From a virus (lineage: Duplodnaviria > Caudoviricetes): a stretch of DNA of 64,000 nucleotides. The position numbers were made by a program, and so were the translations under genes. The notes under the pieces are model-generated. The model was not told the origin of the DNA, did not search any database, and worked only from the letters and a program-made list of their open reading frames with translations. Below, piece by piece: positions 47,420-56,146 of this stretch. Location of the stretch: the IMG/VR virus record IMGVR_UViG_3300032240_001531, positions 1-64,000 of that record. One strand, 5' to 3'. Within the stretch, counting starts at the first letter, position 1, and the number at the start of each line of letters is the position of its first letter.

Positions 47420-48990
47420 GAACGCTGCTTCCATATCAGCCAGAGGCCGTTGATAAAATGACCGAACGTGGCAAAATGCTTGTTGCGTATGACCTTGGCC
47501 TTGGTAAAACAGTTTTAACTATTGCCGCTATTGAAGAACTAATGGATGAGGGTAAGATAACCGAGCCCGGTTTAATCATTTGTTTGTCCAGCCTTAAATA
47601 CCAGTGGCAGTCGTCAATTACAAAGTTTACTAATGGCTCAAACGCTATAGTTATTGACGGTAATCCTGAGCAACGTAAAAAACAATATGACCGTGCGATG
47701 CGCTGGAAAACTTCTAAAATCGATTACATCATTATGAATTATGAGCAAGTAGTTAATGACTGGGCTTCTGTAAGCAAATTACCTAGAGGGTTTATTGTTT
47801 TAGATGAAGCTACCGCTATTAAATCATTTAAATCAAAACGCGCTAAAGCCGTTAAAAAGTTAGCTACTTGTGAATATCGATTTGCCCTTACCGGTACTCC
47901 AGTAGAAAATGGTAAACCAGAAGAACTATTTAGTATTATGCAGTTTGTAGACGATAGCGTTCTTGGCCGGTTTGATAAGTTTGATATGACATTTATTGTA
48001 CGTAACGCTTGGGGCGGAGTAGAACGTTACCGTAACTTGTCTACTTTGCATGAACGTATGAAAACAGCATCTGTTCGTAAAGCTCAAAAAGACCCAGACG
48101 TCGCCCCGTTTTTGCCGGCTACAATACATAAAGACCCAATTTATGTGATGATGGATCGAAAAACAGCTAAGCTATATAAGCGTATTTCAGATGACTTAAT
48201 ACTGGACTTAGATAACGCTCAAACACTTTTTGGCAGTTCATTTAATGTACTATCTCATTATGGATTTGAAAAATCTTGGGGAGGTGCTGCTGACGAAGTG
48301 CGTGGAGATTTAATGTCTAAAATAACTTGCCTTAAAATGCTTACTTGCTCACCAGAGCTATTAAAAATTAGTGCCGCTAAATATAAAGCAGGAAACGGAG
48401 AAGGTTCATCATACGCTTCTTTGCTAAATGATGAAGAACTATTAGAAGGTCTATCAAGCCCAAAACTTGAGGCATTTATAAGTTATGCTAAAGACTTCCT
48501 AGAGCAAGACGAATGTAATAAACTAGTAGTATTCTGTTCTTACGTAGACATGGTAGATATTATTGCTGACCGTCTTGGTCGTGACATTAGTGTTACGTAT
48601 ACAGGGCAACTTGATGCTAAGACAAAGGAAAAACATAAAAATGCTCTCAATAACGACCCTTCTATTCGTGTGTTCGTTAGTTCTGACGCCGGCGGTTATG
48701 GCGTGGACCTTCCGGCGGCGAACATGCTCATTAACTATGATTTACCTTGGTCTTCTGGTTTGGCTACTCAGCGTAACGGCCGCATTCGTAGGGCTTCTTC
48801 TGAGTGGAAAACCATTGTAATCCAAGACGTGTTAGTTACTAATTCTATCGAAGTACGTCAACATTCAGCCCTTCAACAAAAGAACGCAATTGCCGCAGCC
48901 GTTATTGACGGCGAAGGTATTAATGATAATGGTGGAGTGGACTTGACAATTGGCACACTTCGTGGTTTCCTAGTAGATATGTCGGTGTAG
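47407..48990 (+). CDS. SNF2-family helicase
   Basis: DLGLGKT, LDEA, LTGTPVEN, QRNGRIRR. Confidence 0.9.
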   Translation: MGFVGTLLPYQPEAVDKMTERGKMLVAYDLGLGKTVLTIAAIEELMDEGKITEPGLIICLSSLKYQWQSSITKFTNGSNAIVIDGNPEQRKKQYDRAMRWKTSKIDYIIMNYEQVVNDWASVSKLPRGFIVLDEATAIKSFKSKRAKAVKKLATCEYRFALTGTPVENGKPEELFSIMQFVDDSVLGRFDKFDMTFIVRNAWGGVERYRNLSTLHERMKTASVRKAQKDPDVAPFLPATIHKDPIYVMMDRKTAKLYKRISDDLILDLDNAQTLFGSSFNVLSHYGFEKSWGGAADEVRGDLMSKITCLKMLTCSPELLKISAAKYKAGNGEGSSYASLLNDEELLEGLSSPKLEAFISYAKDFLEQDECNKLVVFCSYVDMVDIIADRLGRDISVTYTGQLDAKTKEKHKNALNNDPSIRVFVSSDAGGYGVDLPAANMLINYDLPWSSGLATQRNGRIRRASSEWKTIVIQDVLVTNSIEVRQHSALQQKNAIAAAVIDGEGINDNGGVDLTIGTLRGFLVDMSV

Positions 48991-48991
48991 T

Positions 48992-49165
48992 ATGCCTAAC
49001 TATCATTATAAATGCCTTGATTGTGAAGCTACTTGCACGATTACACAAAACATAAATGAAGAAACAAAGACACCTAAATGCCTTGCTTGCAATAAACCAA
49101 TGACCAGGATTTTTGGAAATCTTGCAGTTCAGTTTAGAGGCGGCGGCTGGGGAAGAGGAAACTAA
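48992..49165 (+). CDS. FmdB-like zinc-ribbon protein
   Basis: MPNYHYKCLDC...CLAC...M.RIF...FRGGGW. Confidence 0.75.
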   Translation: MPNYHYKCLDCEATCTITQNINEETKTPKCLACNKPMTRIFGNLAVQFRGGGWGRGN

Positions 49166-49419
49166 TGGCACTTGGACAAATGATGACCTTTGATGAATGG
49201 CTACAGTACGGCCTTACACAAGGTTGGTGTGGACCATCAATTTGTGAGACACATGACGGTATGCCTATGACAATTGAAGAAGAAAACGCCTATGAGGCTG
49301 GGGAAGACCCCTGCATCCATATACTTAGACTTTACGACAGTCAGTTAGATAAAGCTGAAGTAGAAAAAAATCATTCACCAAGCACTTGGAGAGCAACTAA
49401 CTCCGGGTATGAACTATAA
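49165..49419 (+). CDS. Hypothetical protein (CxxHD...DPCIH)
   Basis: Coupled ORF. Confidence 0.7.
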   Translation: MALGQMMTFDEWLQYGLTQGWCGPSICETHDGMPMTIEEENAYEAGEDPCIHILRLYDSQLDKAEVEKNHSPSTWRATNSGYEL

Positions 49420-49428
49420 GGAGATAAA

Positions 49429-49557
49429 ATGGCAAAAGGAAAGCCAGCACCAGCACCAGTTAAGAAAGCCGGAGACGGCCGCAATAACGGTAAAGCACCA
49501 AAAAAGCGCCCAAAGATTTTTGACGCAATTAAGCGCAAATTAGTTCGCAAGAAGTAA
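49429..49557 (+). CDS. Small basic protein (42 aa)
   Basis: AAGGAG RBS; MAKGKPAPAPVKK. Confidence 0.6.
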   Translation: MAKGKPAPAPVKKAGDGRNNGKAPKKRPKIFDAIKRKLVRKK

Positions 49558-49558
49558 T

Positions 49559-49591
49559 AAAAAACCCCCTGCTAAACAACAGGGGGTTTTT
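49559..49591. terminator. Bidirectional intrinsic terminator
   Basis: AAAAACCCCCTG-loop-CAGGGGGTTTTT between convergent operons. Confidence 0.85.
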
Positions 49592-49600
49592 ACTTAAGAT

Positions 49601-49969
49601 TTAAGCCAATGGCTCTTCTTCTTCAGGGGCATCTACATGGTCTGTTAGTTCTGTTAGATCACCAAAGTCAGCAAGTTCTGGAGTTTCAGCAGCTGATTCT
49701 TCTAGTGCTTGTTTAACTTCAGGGTCATTTGCTGATTGTTTTGCAACAGCAGCACGGAAACCTTTTTCAATGTCTTCGTTTGAAATGTTTGCATCCCAAG
49801 CTAGTTGAACACCAAAGTAAATGATGATTGATGAGAATACGGTAGCAACACCATTCAAAGCACCAAGTACTGGACCAATGCCTGATGCAGCACCAGTAGC
49901 CATACCTGGAATTGCAGCAAACATGACCACACCAATAGTGCGCTTAATTAAATTACCAAGTGCTTTCAT
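49601..49969 (-). CDS. Membrane protein (holin candidate), paralogue of 52414-52710
   Basis: Two hydrophobic segments; MKxxGN..R..A..G..G and DxxIxxxxIxxxF. Confidence 0.65.
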   Translation of the reverse strand: MKALGNLIKRTIGVVMFAAIPGMATGAASGIGPVLGALNGVATVFSSIIIYFGVQLAWDANISNEDIEKGFRAAVAKQSANDPEVKQALEESAAETPELADFGDLTELTDHVDAPEEEEPLA

Positions 49970-50493
49970 TATTTAACCTCTTGCTTACAAGTTGGGCAAA
50001 CCTTTGGGTCTGCGTGGACTGGGGCAGCTACTGGCTTAGCGGCTGGTTTAGCAGCTTTTTGCTTTGCAATCTGACCTTTAATGTATTCGTGAGCATTGTA
50101 AACTTTGCCACCAAACACGCCTTCGGCAGAGCCGCTTAGTGTAAAGTGCAAGTGACAGCCAAAACTGGCTGAACCTGTGTTACCTGCTTTACCAACTACG
50201 TCGCCTGACTTCACGACTGTTCCAACCTTAAGTGGTGATGGTTCATTCATGTGGCAGTAACCAAAGTAGTGGCCATTATCTGTTTGTAGTACAACAACGT
50301 TACCAAGAACGGTGCTTTTTGCTAAAGGTCTATTAAGTACGATTGTTCCATCATTTACAGCAAGCAAAGGCTCGCCAACAGGGAAACCGTTATAATCGGT
50401 TCCACGATGACCTGGGGCTTTGTGCCACTGGTCTACTGCGCCAAATAGTGATCCGAGTTTGACCTTCTTTACCGGGAAAATCCAGTTACCCAT
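49969..50493 (-). CDS. M23 peptidase (endolysin candidate)
   Basis: HRGTD, YCHM, GNTG.S.GCHLHF. Confidence 0.9.
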   Translation of the reverse strand: MGNWIFPVKKVKLGSLFGAVDQWHKAPGHRGTDYNGFPVGEPLLAVNDGTIVLNRPLAKSTVLGNVVVLQTDNGHYFGYCHMNEPSPLKVGTVVKSGDVVGKAGNTGSASFGCHLHFTLSGSAEGVFGGKVYNAHEYIKGQIAKQKAAKPAAKPVAAPVHADPKVCPTCKQEVK

Positions 50494-50542
50494 AGTGGGG
50501 TTCCTTTCGAAGGGTTGGAGGGGACAGTTCTATTGTCCCTTA

Positions 50543-50704
50543 TTAGTCTTTATTTCGCAGGGGGAACGTAGCTACCCATATAACTAATGAGCCGATAATA
50601 CACCAGCCAACTACTGCCTTAGCAGAGCCTTCTAGTACAATCCAGGCAACAAACATGCCTAAAAGAGTCCATATTTGGCCTATAAGGTCATTTAAAAATT
50701 TCAT
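50543..50704 (-). CDS. Small 2-TM membrane protein (53 aa)
   Basis: MKFLNDLIGQIWTLLGMFVAWIVLEGSAK; ATGA overlap. Confidence 0.7.
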   Translation of the reverse strand: MKFLNDLIGQIWTLLGMFVAWIVLEGSAKAVVGWCIIGSLVIWVATFPLRNKD

Positions 50705-50976
50705 TTGTCTTTCCTTCGGCTAGAACCTGCTGAATTTGATGCTGCACTTGCCGCACTTTGAGCAGCCATAGATGCAGCTTGTGTTGCAACCTGTGTAACA
50801 ATAATTGCGGAAATAACTACCTTTTGTGCTTTTGCTCGCACAGCAGGAGGTAGGTCTGCACCAATGTTACCCAAAGCATTAAACGCATCCGCTAATCCTT
50901 GAAATGCTGCCCCCAACAATGGAATATCTGCAACTGGATTATTGTTGTTAAATTCCTTTGGGGGTATTATTTTAAA
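50701..50976 (-). CDS. -1 frame extension of the PA14 protein carrying a membrane anchor
   Basis: Frame opens exactly at T-TTA-AAA; hydrophobic VVISAIIVTQVA segment and basic tail RRKDK. Confidence 0.65.
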   Translation of the reverse strand, partial: FKIIPPKEFNNNNPVADIPLLGAAFQGLADAFNALGNIGADLPPAVRAKAQKVVISAIIVTQVATQAASMAAQSAASAASNSAGSSRRKDK

Positions 50977-52430
50977 TTAATTACAAACGCTTGCCTAGGA
51001 AGGTACGCACCATCGGCAAAATACTTTGGGTTGTTCTTTTTTGACCGTCTCTTATCAGCAGCAGTAGGCTTTGGGATGTTTGCTAAATCTACTTTTGCCT
51101 GAGCAACTTTGATTTCTAAGTCATCTACTTGTTGTGCCGCAGATTCAATAGCAGCAAATGTGCTGCTGTATTGGGCTTTTAAGTCACGCAAGTTAGCATC
51201 AGCTTCTACTTTGGTATCGCTACTGTTTTGCCAAACAACTTCGGCATTACTCATAACATCTTCTAAAGGCCTAAGTATCTCTCGTTTACTCGCTAAAGCA
51301 CTACCAGCATATCCATAGGTAATTTGCTTACCGTCATAGTCATCACAAGCATTTCCATAAACTACACTTGCCTGTTCTTCAGCGGCTACTGCCTGAACAT
51401 AAAGAACAGTCTTAGTGTTTAAAATAGCCAACAGTGCTGGGTCTTTAACCATGGTGACTACTGCATCTTGTGTAAAGAACGATGAAGGGGCAACTGTATA
51501 AGAGCTACCGCCTAATGGCTTGTAGTAAAGACTAGAACAAGCACCGCCAGTCCACTCGTAGAACCACGCGTCAATAGCGTAAGACTTACCACCAGTGAAA
51601 GAAAATAGTCCAGTTGAGTTTGCTCCACAGCCCTTTAATGACCAGTCATTGATTACCTGAGTTCCGTTGATAGACATGTAGAAACCGTCATCGGCAGGAG
51701 CCTGGAAGTAAACCTTAGTGGTTGTTGGGTATGTGATGTAACCCTTGTAGTGAAGCATGATGTAGTCAGAGCCACAACCTAGAATGTCACCGCCACCCCA
51801 GTTAAGGTCAATGTTGCTTACAGTAGTTGTCTTACACTTGGTGTAAACAGTATCTGACTTCTGTGGAGGGTTTCCATAACGACCGATACCTGTGTAGACA
51901 TCTACCTTCAAACCTGCACTACTGCCCTGACCACCAGCGTTGATTAACTTGGTGTCATAGTCATTTTTAGCCTGATTCATAACAGCTTGAGCGTTGTCGG
52001 CATTCTGCTGGGCTATTGCGTAAGAATCATAAGTATAATCTACTACATCAGCAGCAGCGTTTACTGCGGCTACTGCCTGAGCAACTGCTGCTTCAGCAGC
52101 ACGAACATCAGCAAAAACAACATCATAATTAGCTTTTTTGCCATTGTAATCAGCAACAGCAGCGTCTAAAGCATCTTTTGCCTCAGTAGCGGCAGTTTGA
52201 GCAGAGTTAATAAGGTCAGCCTGAGAGTTAGATGAGTTAGTCCAGCTATCAAGGTTAGCCTGTGCGTTGTTTAATTGATTCTGAAGGTCTTGTACCTTTG
52301 CTTGCGCCTCGGCAACTTTTTGGTTATAGTCAGTTGTGCTATCAGCCATAGCAGGGCTAGACAACCCAAACATAAGAAATAGTGAAGTTGCGGCTACAAA
52401 TAAAGTAGAGAACTTACGCATTTTTTTCAT
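50967..52430 (-). CDS. Secreted coiled-coil protein with central PA14 domain
   Basis: Signal peptide ending AMA; IDLNWGGG, ADDGFYMSING, WFYEWTGGA. Confidence 0.85.
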   Translation of the reverse strand: MKKMRKFSTLFVAATSLFLMFGLSSPAMADSTTDYNQKVAEAQAKVQDLQNQLNNAQANLDSWTNSSNSQADLINSAQTAATEAKDALDAAVADYNGKKANYDVVFADVRAAEAAVAQAVAAVNAAADVVDYTYDSYAIAQQNADNAQAVMNQAKNDYDTKLINAGGQGSSAGLKVDVYTGIGRYGNPPQKSDTVYTKCKTTTVSNIDLNWGGGDILGCGSDYIMLHYKGYITYPTTTKVYFQAPADDGFYMSINGTQVINDWSLKGCGANSTGLFSFTGGKSYAIDAWFYEWTGGACSSLYYKPLGGSSYTVAPSSFFTQDAVVTMVKDPALLAILNTKTVLYVQAVAAEEQASVVYGNACDDYDGKQITYGYAGSALASKREILRPLEDVMSNAEVVWQNSSDTKVEADANLRDLKAQYSSTFAAIESAAQQVDDLEIKVAQAKVDLANIPKPTAADKRRSKKNNPKYFADGAYLPRQAFVINLK

Positions 52431-52710
52431 TGGTTTTTTCCTTTTCATTTTCGACATTTTTTAAAGATACGGTTTGCTGGAAGGCAGCATTAATTTCATT
52501 TAGAGTAAGTTTTCCATCTTCTAAGAAAGCCAAAGCAAGCAGTTCAACTACTTTAGCTACGGCCATTACACCGCCCATTACAGCGCTAAACCAGATAGGA
52601 ATTTGGATACCGCTCATAGAGCCGGCGACTGTACCCGCACCGATTACGCCCAGTGCTGAGGCGACAAATGTTGCAAGTACACGCAACATTACATTGCCAA
52701 AAAGTTTCAT
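52414..52710 (-). CDS. Membrane protein
   Basis: 2-3 TM segments then FLEDGKLTLNEINAAF. Confidence 0.75.
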   Translation of the reverse strand: MKLFGNVMLRVLATFVASALGVIGAGTVAGSMSGIQIPIWFSAVMGGVMAVAKVVELLALAFLEDGKLTLNEINAAFQQTVSLKNVENEKEKTNEKNA

Positions 52711-52956
52711 AATAATTTTCTAAACTAAGGATTTATAGGGGAGTTTAGGTATAGAAACGCGTGTTTTAAGCAGGTAACTGCGCGATTAATTTGACAAATA
52801 GGGTCAATTCCATTATCTACTAGCCAGGTGTGTTTTTTTGGCTAAACGTTGTTTGGCTTCGTATTTCTATGCTATGGTCTTACCTATAACTGAATATAGT
52901 GTCACTTCGACAATAAACGACCCCAGTACTAAAGCAATGAAAGGTAAGGTCGCCAA

Positions 52957-53484
52957 ATGAAAAAGTACGTAATTATAGCCAGCATACTTGTAACACTTGC
53001 TGGTTGTTCCGCCTCTACAGCAACAGCTGTAGCTCAAATTACACAAGAAACAAAGCAACATCAAGTTAAACCATTAACCTTAATTGAGACAGCTAAAGCA
53101 CACCGCAATACTGCTCAAATGAGGCATGTAGTTAAGTATCTGAAAACTCGCGTAGGAAAAACATCTTATGTGTTTTCAGGTGCCAGTCCCCGTGGATGGG
53201 ACTGTTCAGGTCTAGTACGCTGGACCTATGAACGATTCGGTATAGTATTACCGCACTCGGCAAATGCCCAAGGGCATATTGGAACCCGCGTCTCAAAACC
53301 AAAACTTGGAGACATAGTTGTGTTTGCTTATAACGGCAGCACTAATTTCTATCACGCCGCCATTTACATTGGAAATGGAAAAATAATTAATGCACATCGT
53401 GGAGCTAACGCTACGATAATTCAACCGCTTACAGATTACAAAAGCGGGCAAATCCGATTTGTCCGTATAGTAAAAACACTGTAA
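52957..53484 (+). CDS. NlpC/P60 cell-wall peptidase, lipoprotein
   Basis: Lipobox LAGC; YVFSG..P.GWDCSGLV; HAAIYIGNG. Confidence 0.9.
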   Translation: MKKYVIIASILVTLAGCSASTATAVAQITQETKQHQVKPLTLIETAKAHRNTAQMRHVVKYLKTRVGKTSYVFSGASPRGWDCSGLVRWTYERFGIVLPHSANAQGHIGTRVSKPKLGDIVVFAYNGSTNFYHAAIYIGNGKIINAHRGANATIIQPLTDYKSGQIRFVRIVKTL

Positions 53485-53491
53485 ACTAATT

Positions 53492-53530
53492 GTGGGCCGG
53501 ATGTGCCTCTCACTCTCCGGCCCACTTTTT
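53492..53530 (+). terminator. Terminator-like hairpin with CU-rich loop
   Basis: GTGGGCCGGA-loop-TCCGGCCCAC-TTTTT. Confidence 0.7.
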
Positions 53531-53564
53531 ACAAGTTCGATTTGTAGTGTGGTACACTTTACAC

Positions 53565-53960
53565 ATGGCATACATCGGAGATAAAAAACGCGTCTATCAA
53601 AACACTTGGCTTAATTTACGCAGGCTTGCTTGGATTGAATCACAAGGCGGCAAATGCGTTAAATGCGGTTCTGAAGAGCGTTTAGAGATAGACCATATTA
53701 ATAGACATGAAAAGTCTATGAAAATATCAGCTTTGTGGTCCAGGTCAGCCAGTGTTCGTGAAGTTGAATTAAGCAAATGTCAAGTACTTTGCCATACTTG
53801 CCACAAAGAAAAGACTATTGCCGAATCTACTACGGCTAAATGCGGTCAAATAGCTATGTATAATAAAGGCTGTAGATGTGACGAGTGTAGAGAAGCCAAC
53901 CGATTGCGTGTAAGTAAAGGTAGGGAATTAAAAAAACAACGTCTTAATACGCCCCTATAG
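53565..53960 (+). CDS. HNH endonuclease, leaderless
   Basis: CVKCG...LEIDHI...CQVLCHTCH; TGGTACACT lies 6 nt before ATG. Confidence 0.85.
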   Translation: MAYIGDKKRVYQNTWLNLRRLAWIESQGGKCVKCGSEERLEIDHINRHEKSMKISALWSRSASVREVELSKCQVLCHTCHKEKTIAESTTAKCGQIAMYNKGCRCDECREANRLRVSKGRELKKQRLNTPL

Positions 53961-54022
53961 CTCAACGGCAGAGCGCCGCTCTTGTAAAGCGGAGGTTGTG
54001 ATATCGTAATTCACTGGGGGCT
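53951..54022 (+). tRNA. tRNA-Thr(TGT) with atypical T arm
   Basis: Acceptor GCCCCTA/TGGGGGC, D arm GCTC/GAGC, anticodon arm CCGCT-CTTGTAA-AGCGG. Confidence 0.8.
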
Positions 54023-54148
54023 CTTTATATAGACAACGTGTATAGTTTCTGCTAAAATCTATATAGGTACGCCAATTGGGTACCGTAAATAATACTGTGC
54101 TACGGGCAGTCAAAGTACCAAGGCACAGTTGTCGTCTAAGGAGACAAC

Positions 54149-54700
54149 ATGAAGATACGTGATCAATTCCCAGACCCGTGGGATAAGCACAAAAATCCAT
54201 ATGACCCATATGGTAAAGCAACTCCAAATCCGCATGACCCTGCGGATATTTATACTAAATGGCAGAAACCGCCTGCCCCAAAGGTTATTACCATCAATGA
54301 CCTATTTCCAAGCCTAGACCGTTGGTCTATTGGTTGGTCCCCGCTGTTAGAGCAGCTTAAAGAGTTGTCAACTGCCAAGGCGAGTTATCCTCCCTATGAC
54401 ATTATTGACCACAAAAACGACACCACAGTCATCAATGTAGCTGTTGCTGGTTTCGATAAGAAAGAACTATCAATCACAGTAGAAGAACAGGCGTTGAAAA
54501 TTGAAGGTAAAAAGAAAGACAAAGAACAAGAAGGCGAACTCGTTCACAACGGTATCGCTGGACGCGATTTTAAGCTCACTTTTGCCCTTGCTGAATTTTA
54601 CGAAGTAGAGTCAGCCAAGGTAGAAAACGGGCTTTTATCAGTCAAGTTGTTTAAGAATATCCCTGACGAAAAGAAGCCAAAAGTCATAGATATCAAATAA
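54149..54700 (+). CDS. Small heat shock protein (Hsp20/IbpA-like)
   Basis: YPPYDI, AVAGF, GIAGRDF, A.VENGLLSV. Confidence 0.9.
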   Translation: MKIRDQFPDPWDKHKNPYDPYGKATPNPHDPADIYTKWQKPPAPKVITINDLFPSLDRWSIGWSPLLEQLKELSTAKASYPPYDIIDHKNDTTVINVAVAGFDKKELSITVEEQALKIEGKKKDKEQEGELVHNGIAGRDFKLTFALAEFYEVESAKVENGLLSVKLFKNIPDEKKPKVIDIK

Positions 54701-54713
54701 ACTGTAGTGGTTA

Positions 54714-54784
54714 TGGTTCTAAGTGTTACGGTAGCACGGCGGTCTCCAACACCGCAGGCGTAGGTTCGACTCCTACAGAACCAG
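54714..54784 (+). tRNA. tRNA-Trp(CCA)
   Basis: TGGTTCT/AGAACCA acceptor; GCGGT-CTCCAAC-ACCGC; GTAGG-TTCGACT-CCTAC. Confidence 0.9.
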
Positions 54785-54806
54785 CTTTTTATGGTAAACT
54801 ATAGGT

Positions 54807-54971
54807 ATGCCAAACGCACCTAAAACCCCGACACGCACTATCCGCGTACCTGACGCCCTATGGCTAGCCGTACAAAAAGAAGCCGCTAAGCAGGGTATAA
54901 CCGTTACTAGCATTCTTCTAGAAGCTATGGAAAAATTTATTGCTGAAGGACTTGACAAAGTCGCTGAGTAA
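54807..54971 (+). CDS. Ribbon-helix-helix DNA-binding protein, leaderless
   Basis: TRTIRVPDALWLAVQKEAAKQGITVTSIL; TGGTAAACT lies 6 nt before ATG. Confidence 0.8.
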   Translation: MPNAPKTPTRTIRVPDALWLAVQKEAAKQGITVTSILLEAMEKFIAEGLDKVAE

Positions 54972-54981
54972 GGTTTAGATT
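54952..54981 (+). promoter_or_regulatory. Housekeeping-sigma promoter
   Basis: TTGACA-18-TAGATT. Confidence 0.55.
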
Positions 54982-55033
54982 TATACAGCTAAGACATAGC
55001 ATCCCCCACGGGGGTTAGACTACAGAGGTATAA

Positions 55034-55471
55034 ATGCCCATTAATAACGAGTCAGTTCCAGACTCAAACTTGGAACCATTACGCAAAGAAGTACAGCAGT
55101 ATGTATTTCTAAAGGAAGAAGTTACTGCTATTGAGGCCCGCGTCGGCACTCTCAGAAAGCGTATCCTAGCTGCTGTTGAAGAACTCGGCGAAGAGAACGA
55201 AAAAGGAAGTCTTGTACTTCCTATTGACGATAATGTCAGCAACACTGCTAATGTAGTAAAACAACGTCGTGTGTCTAAAGTATTTGACGAAGACAAGGCT
55301 GATACTTTACTAAAGGAAAAAGGTTTGTTTGATTCATTAACTAAAACAGTTGTAGTACTTGACCAAGATGCTGTCATGGCTGCATACTATGATGGTAAGC
55401 TAACCGACGAAGACATCGAATCTATGTTTCCTGAGAAGGTTACATGGGCACTAATATTGGAGAAGAACTAA
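55034..55471 (+). CDS. Hypothetical coiled-coil protein
   Basis: GAGG RBS; 145 aa. Confidence 0.75.
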   Translation: MPINNESVPDSNLEPLRKEVQQYVFLKEEVTAIEARVGTLRKRILAAVEELGEENEKGSLVLPIDDNVSNTANVVKQRRVSKVFDEDKADTLLKEKGLFDSLTKTVVVLDQDAVMAAYYDGKLTDEDIESMFPEKVTWALILEKN

Positions 55472-55707
55472 TGGGACGCATGTCAGATTTAGACGCAGAA
55501 CTACACGAATTACCTGACGAAATTAAAGACTTTATGCACGGGTTTAACAGAGGCCGCGCCGAAGGACTTGCTATAGGTCAAGAAGAAGGTGCTTTTGCAG
55601 AACGTGAACGCATCGTTAAGCTGCTAGAAAATCAACACAACTTTGACCAAATCTTTTTAGATGCTGTGAGTCACGTTATTACTCTTATCAATGGAGAAGA
55701 CAATTAG
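55471..55707 (+). CDS. Hypothetical protein (ERERIVKLL)
   Basis: TAATG-coupled. Confidence 0.65.
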   Translation: MGRMSDLDAELHELPDEIKDFMHGFNRGRAEGLAIGQEEGAFAERERIVKLLENQHNFDQIFLDAVSHVITLINGEDN

Positions 55708-56146
55708 CCAAATAAATTCTGGTCTATACTCTAGCGCAACTGATGACTGGGGTACGCCTCAAGCATTGTTTGACGAGTTAAACGATGAATTTAATTTTAC
55801 CCTGGATGCTTGTGCTAGCGCACACAACTTTAAAGTAGATGTTTATTTTACTAAAGAGGATAATGCGCTAGTGCAGGACTGGGTGGGTACCGTATGGATG
55901 AACCCGCCTTACGGTAGAACTATCGGTAAATGGATGGCTAAGGCATACGCTGCTTCACAAACTGGGGCAACTGTAGTATGCTTAGTGCCTGCCCGTACAG
56001 ATACTATCTGGTGGCATGACTATGCAATTAAAGGCGAAGTAAGATTTATAAAAGGCAGGCTAAAGTTTGAACAACCAGGGTTTGCCAAAAATAGCTCAGC
56101 ACCTTTTCCAAGTGCTATAGTAATTTTTAAAGGAGTTAACTCATGA
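55691..56146 (+). CDS. Phage DNA N6-adenine methyltransferase
   Basis: DDWGTPQ, LDAC, WMNPPYG, LVPARTDT, GRLKF. Confidence 0.9.
   Translation: MEKTISQINSGLYSSATDDWGTPQALFDELNDEFNFTLDACASAHNFKVDVYFTKEDNALVQDWVGTVWMNPPYGRTIGKWMAKAYAASQTGATVVCLVPARTDTIWWHDYAIKGEVRFIKGRLKFEQPGFAKNSSAPFPSAIVIFKGVNS

Noticed and set aside
2557-49171. Numerous antisense and alternate-frame ORFs in the track (for example 4355-4873, 7640-8242, 29824-30336, 43348-43749)
   Set aside because: They are shadows of well-supported plus-strand genes, with no RBS or recognisable motifs.
54714-54784. Stop-codon recoding or suppressor tRNA
   Set aside because: The anticodon is the standard CCA, and core genes are intact in code 11 and end with TAA, TAG and TGA.
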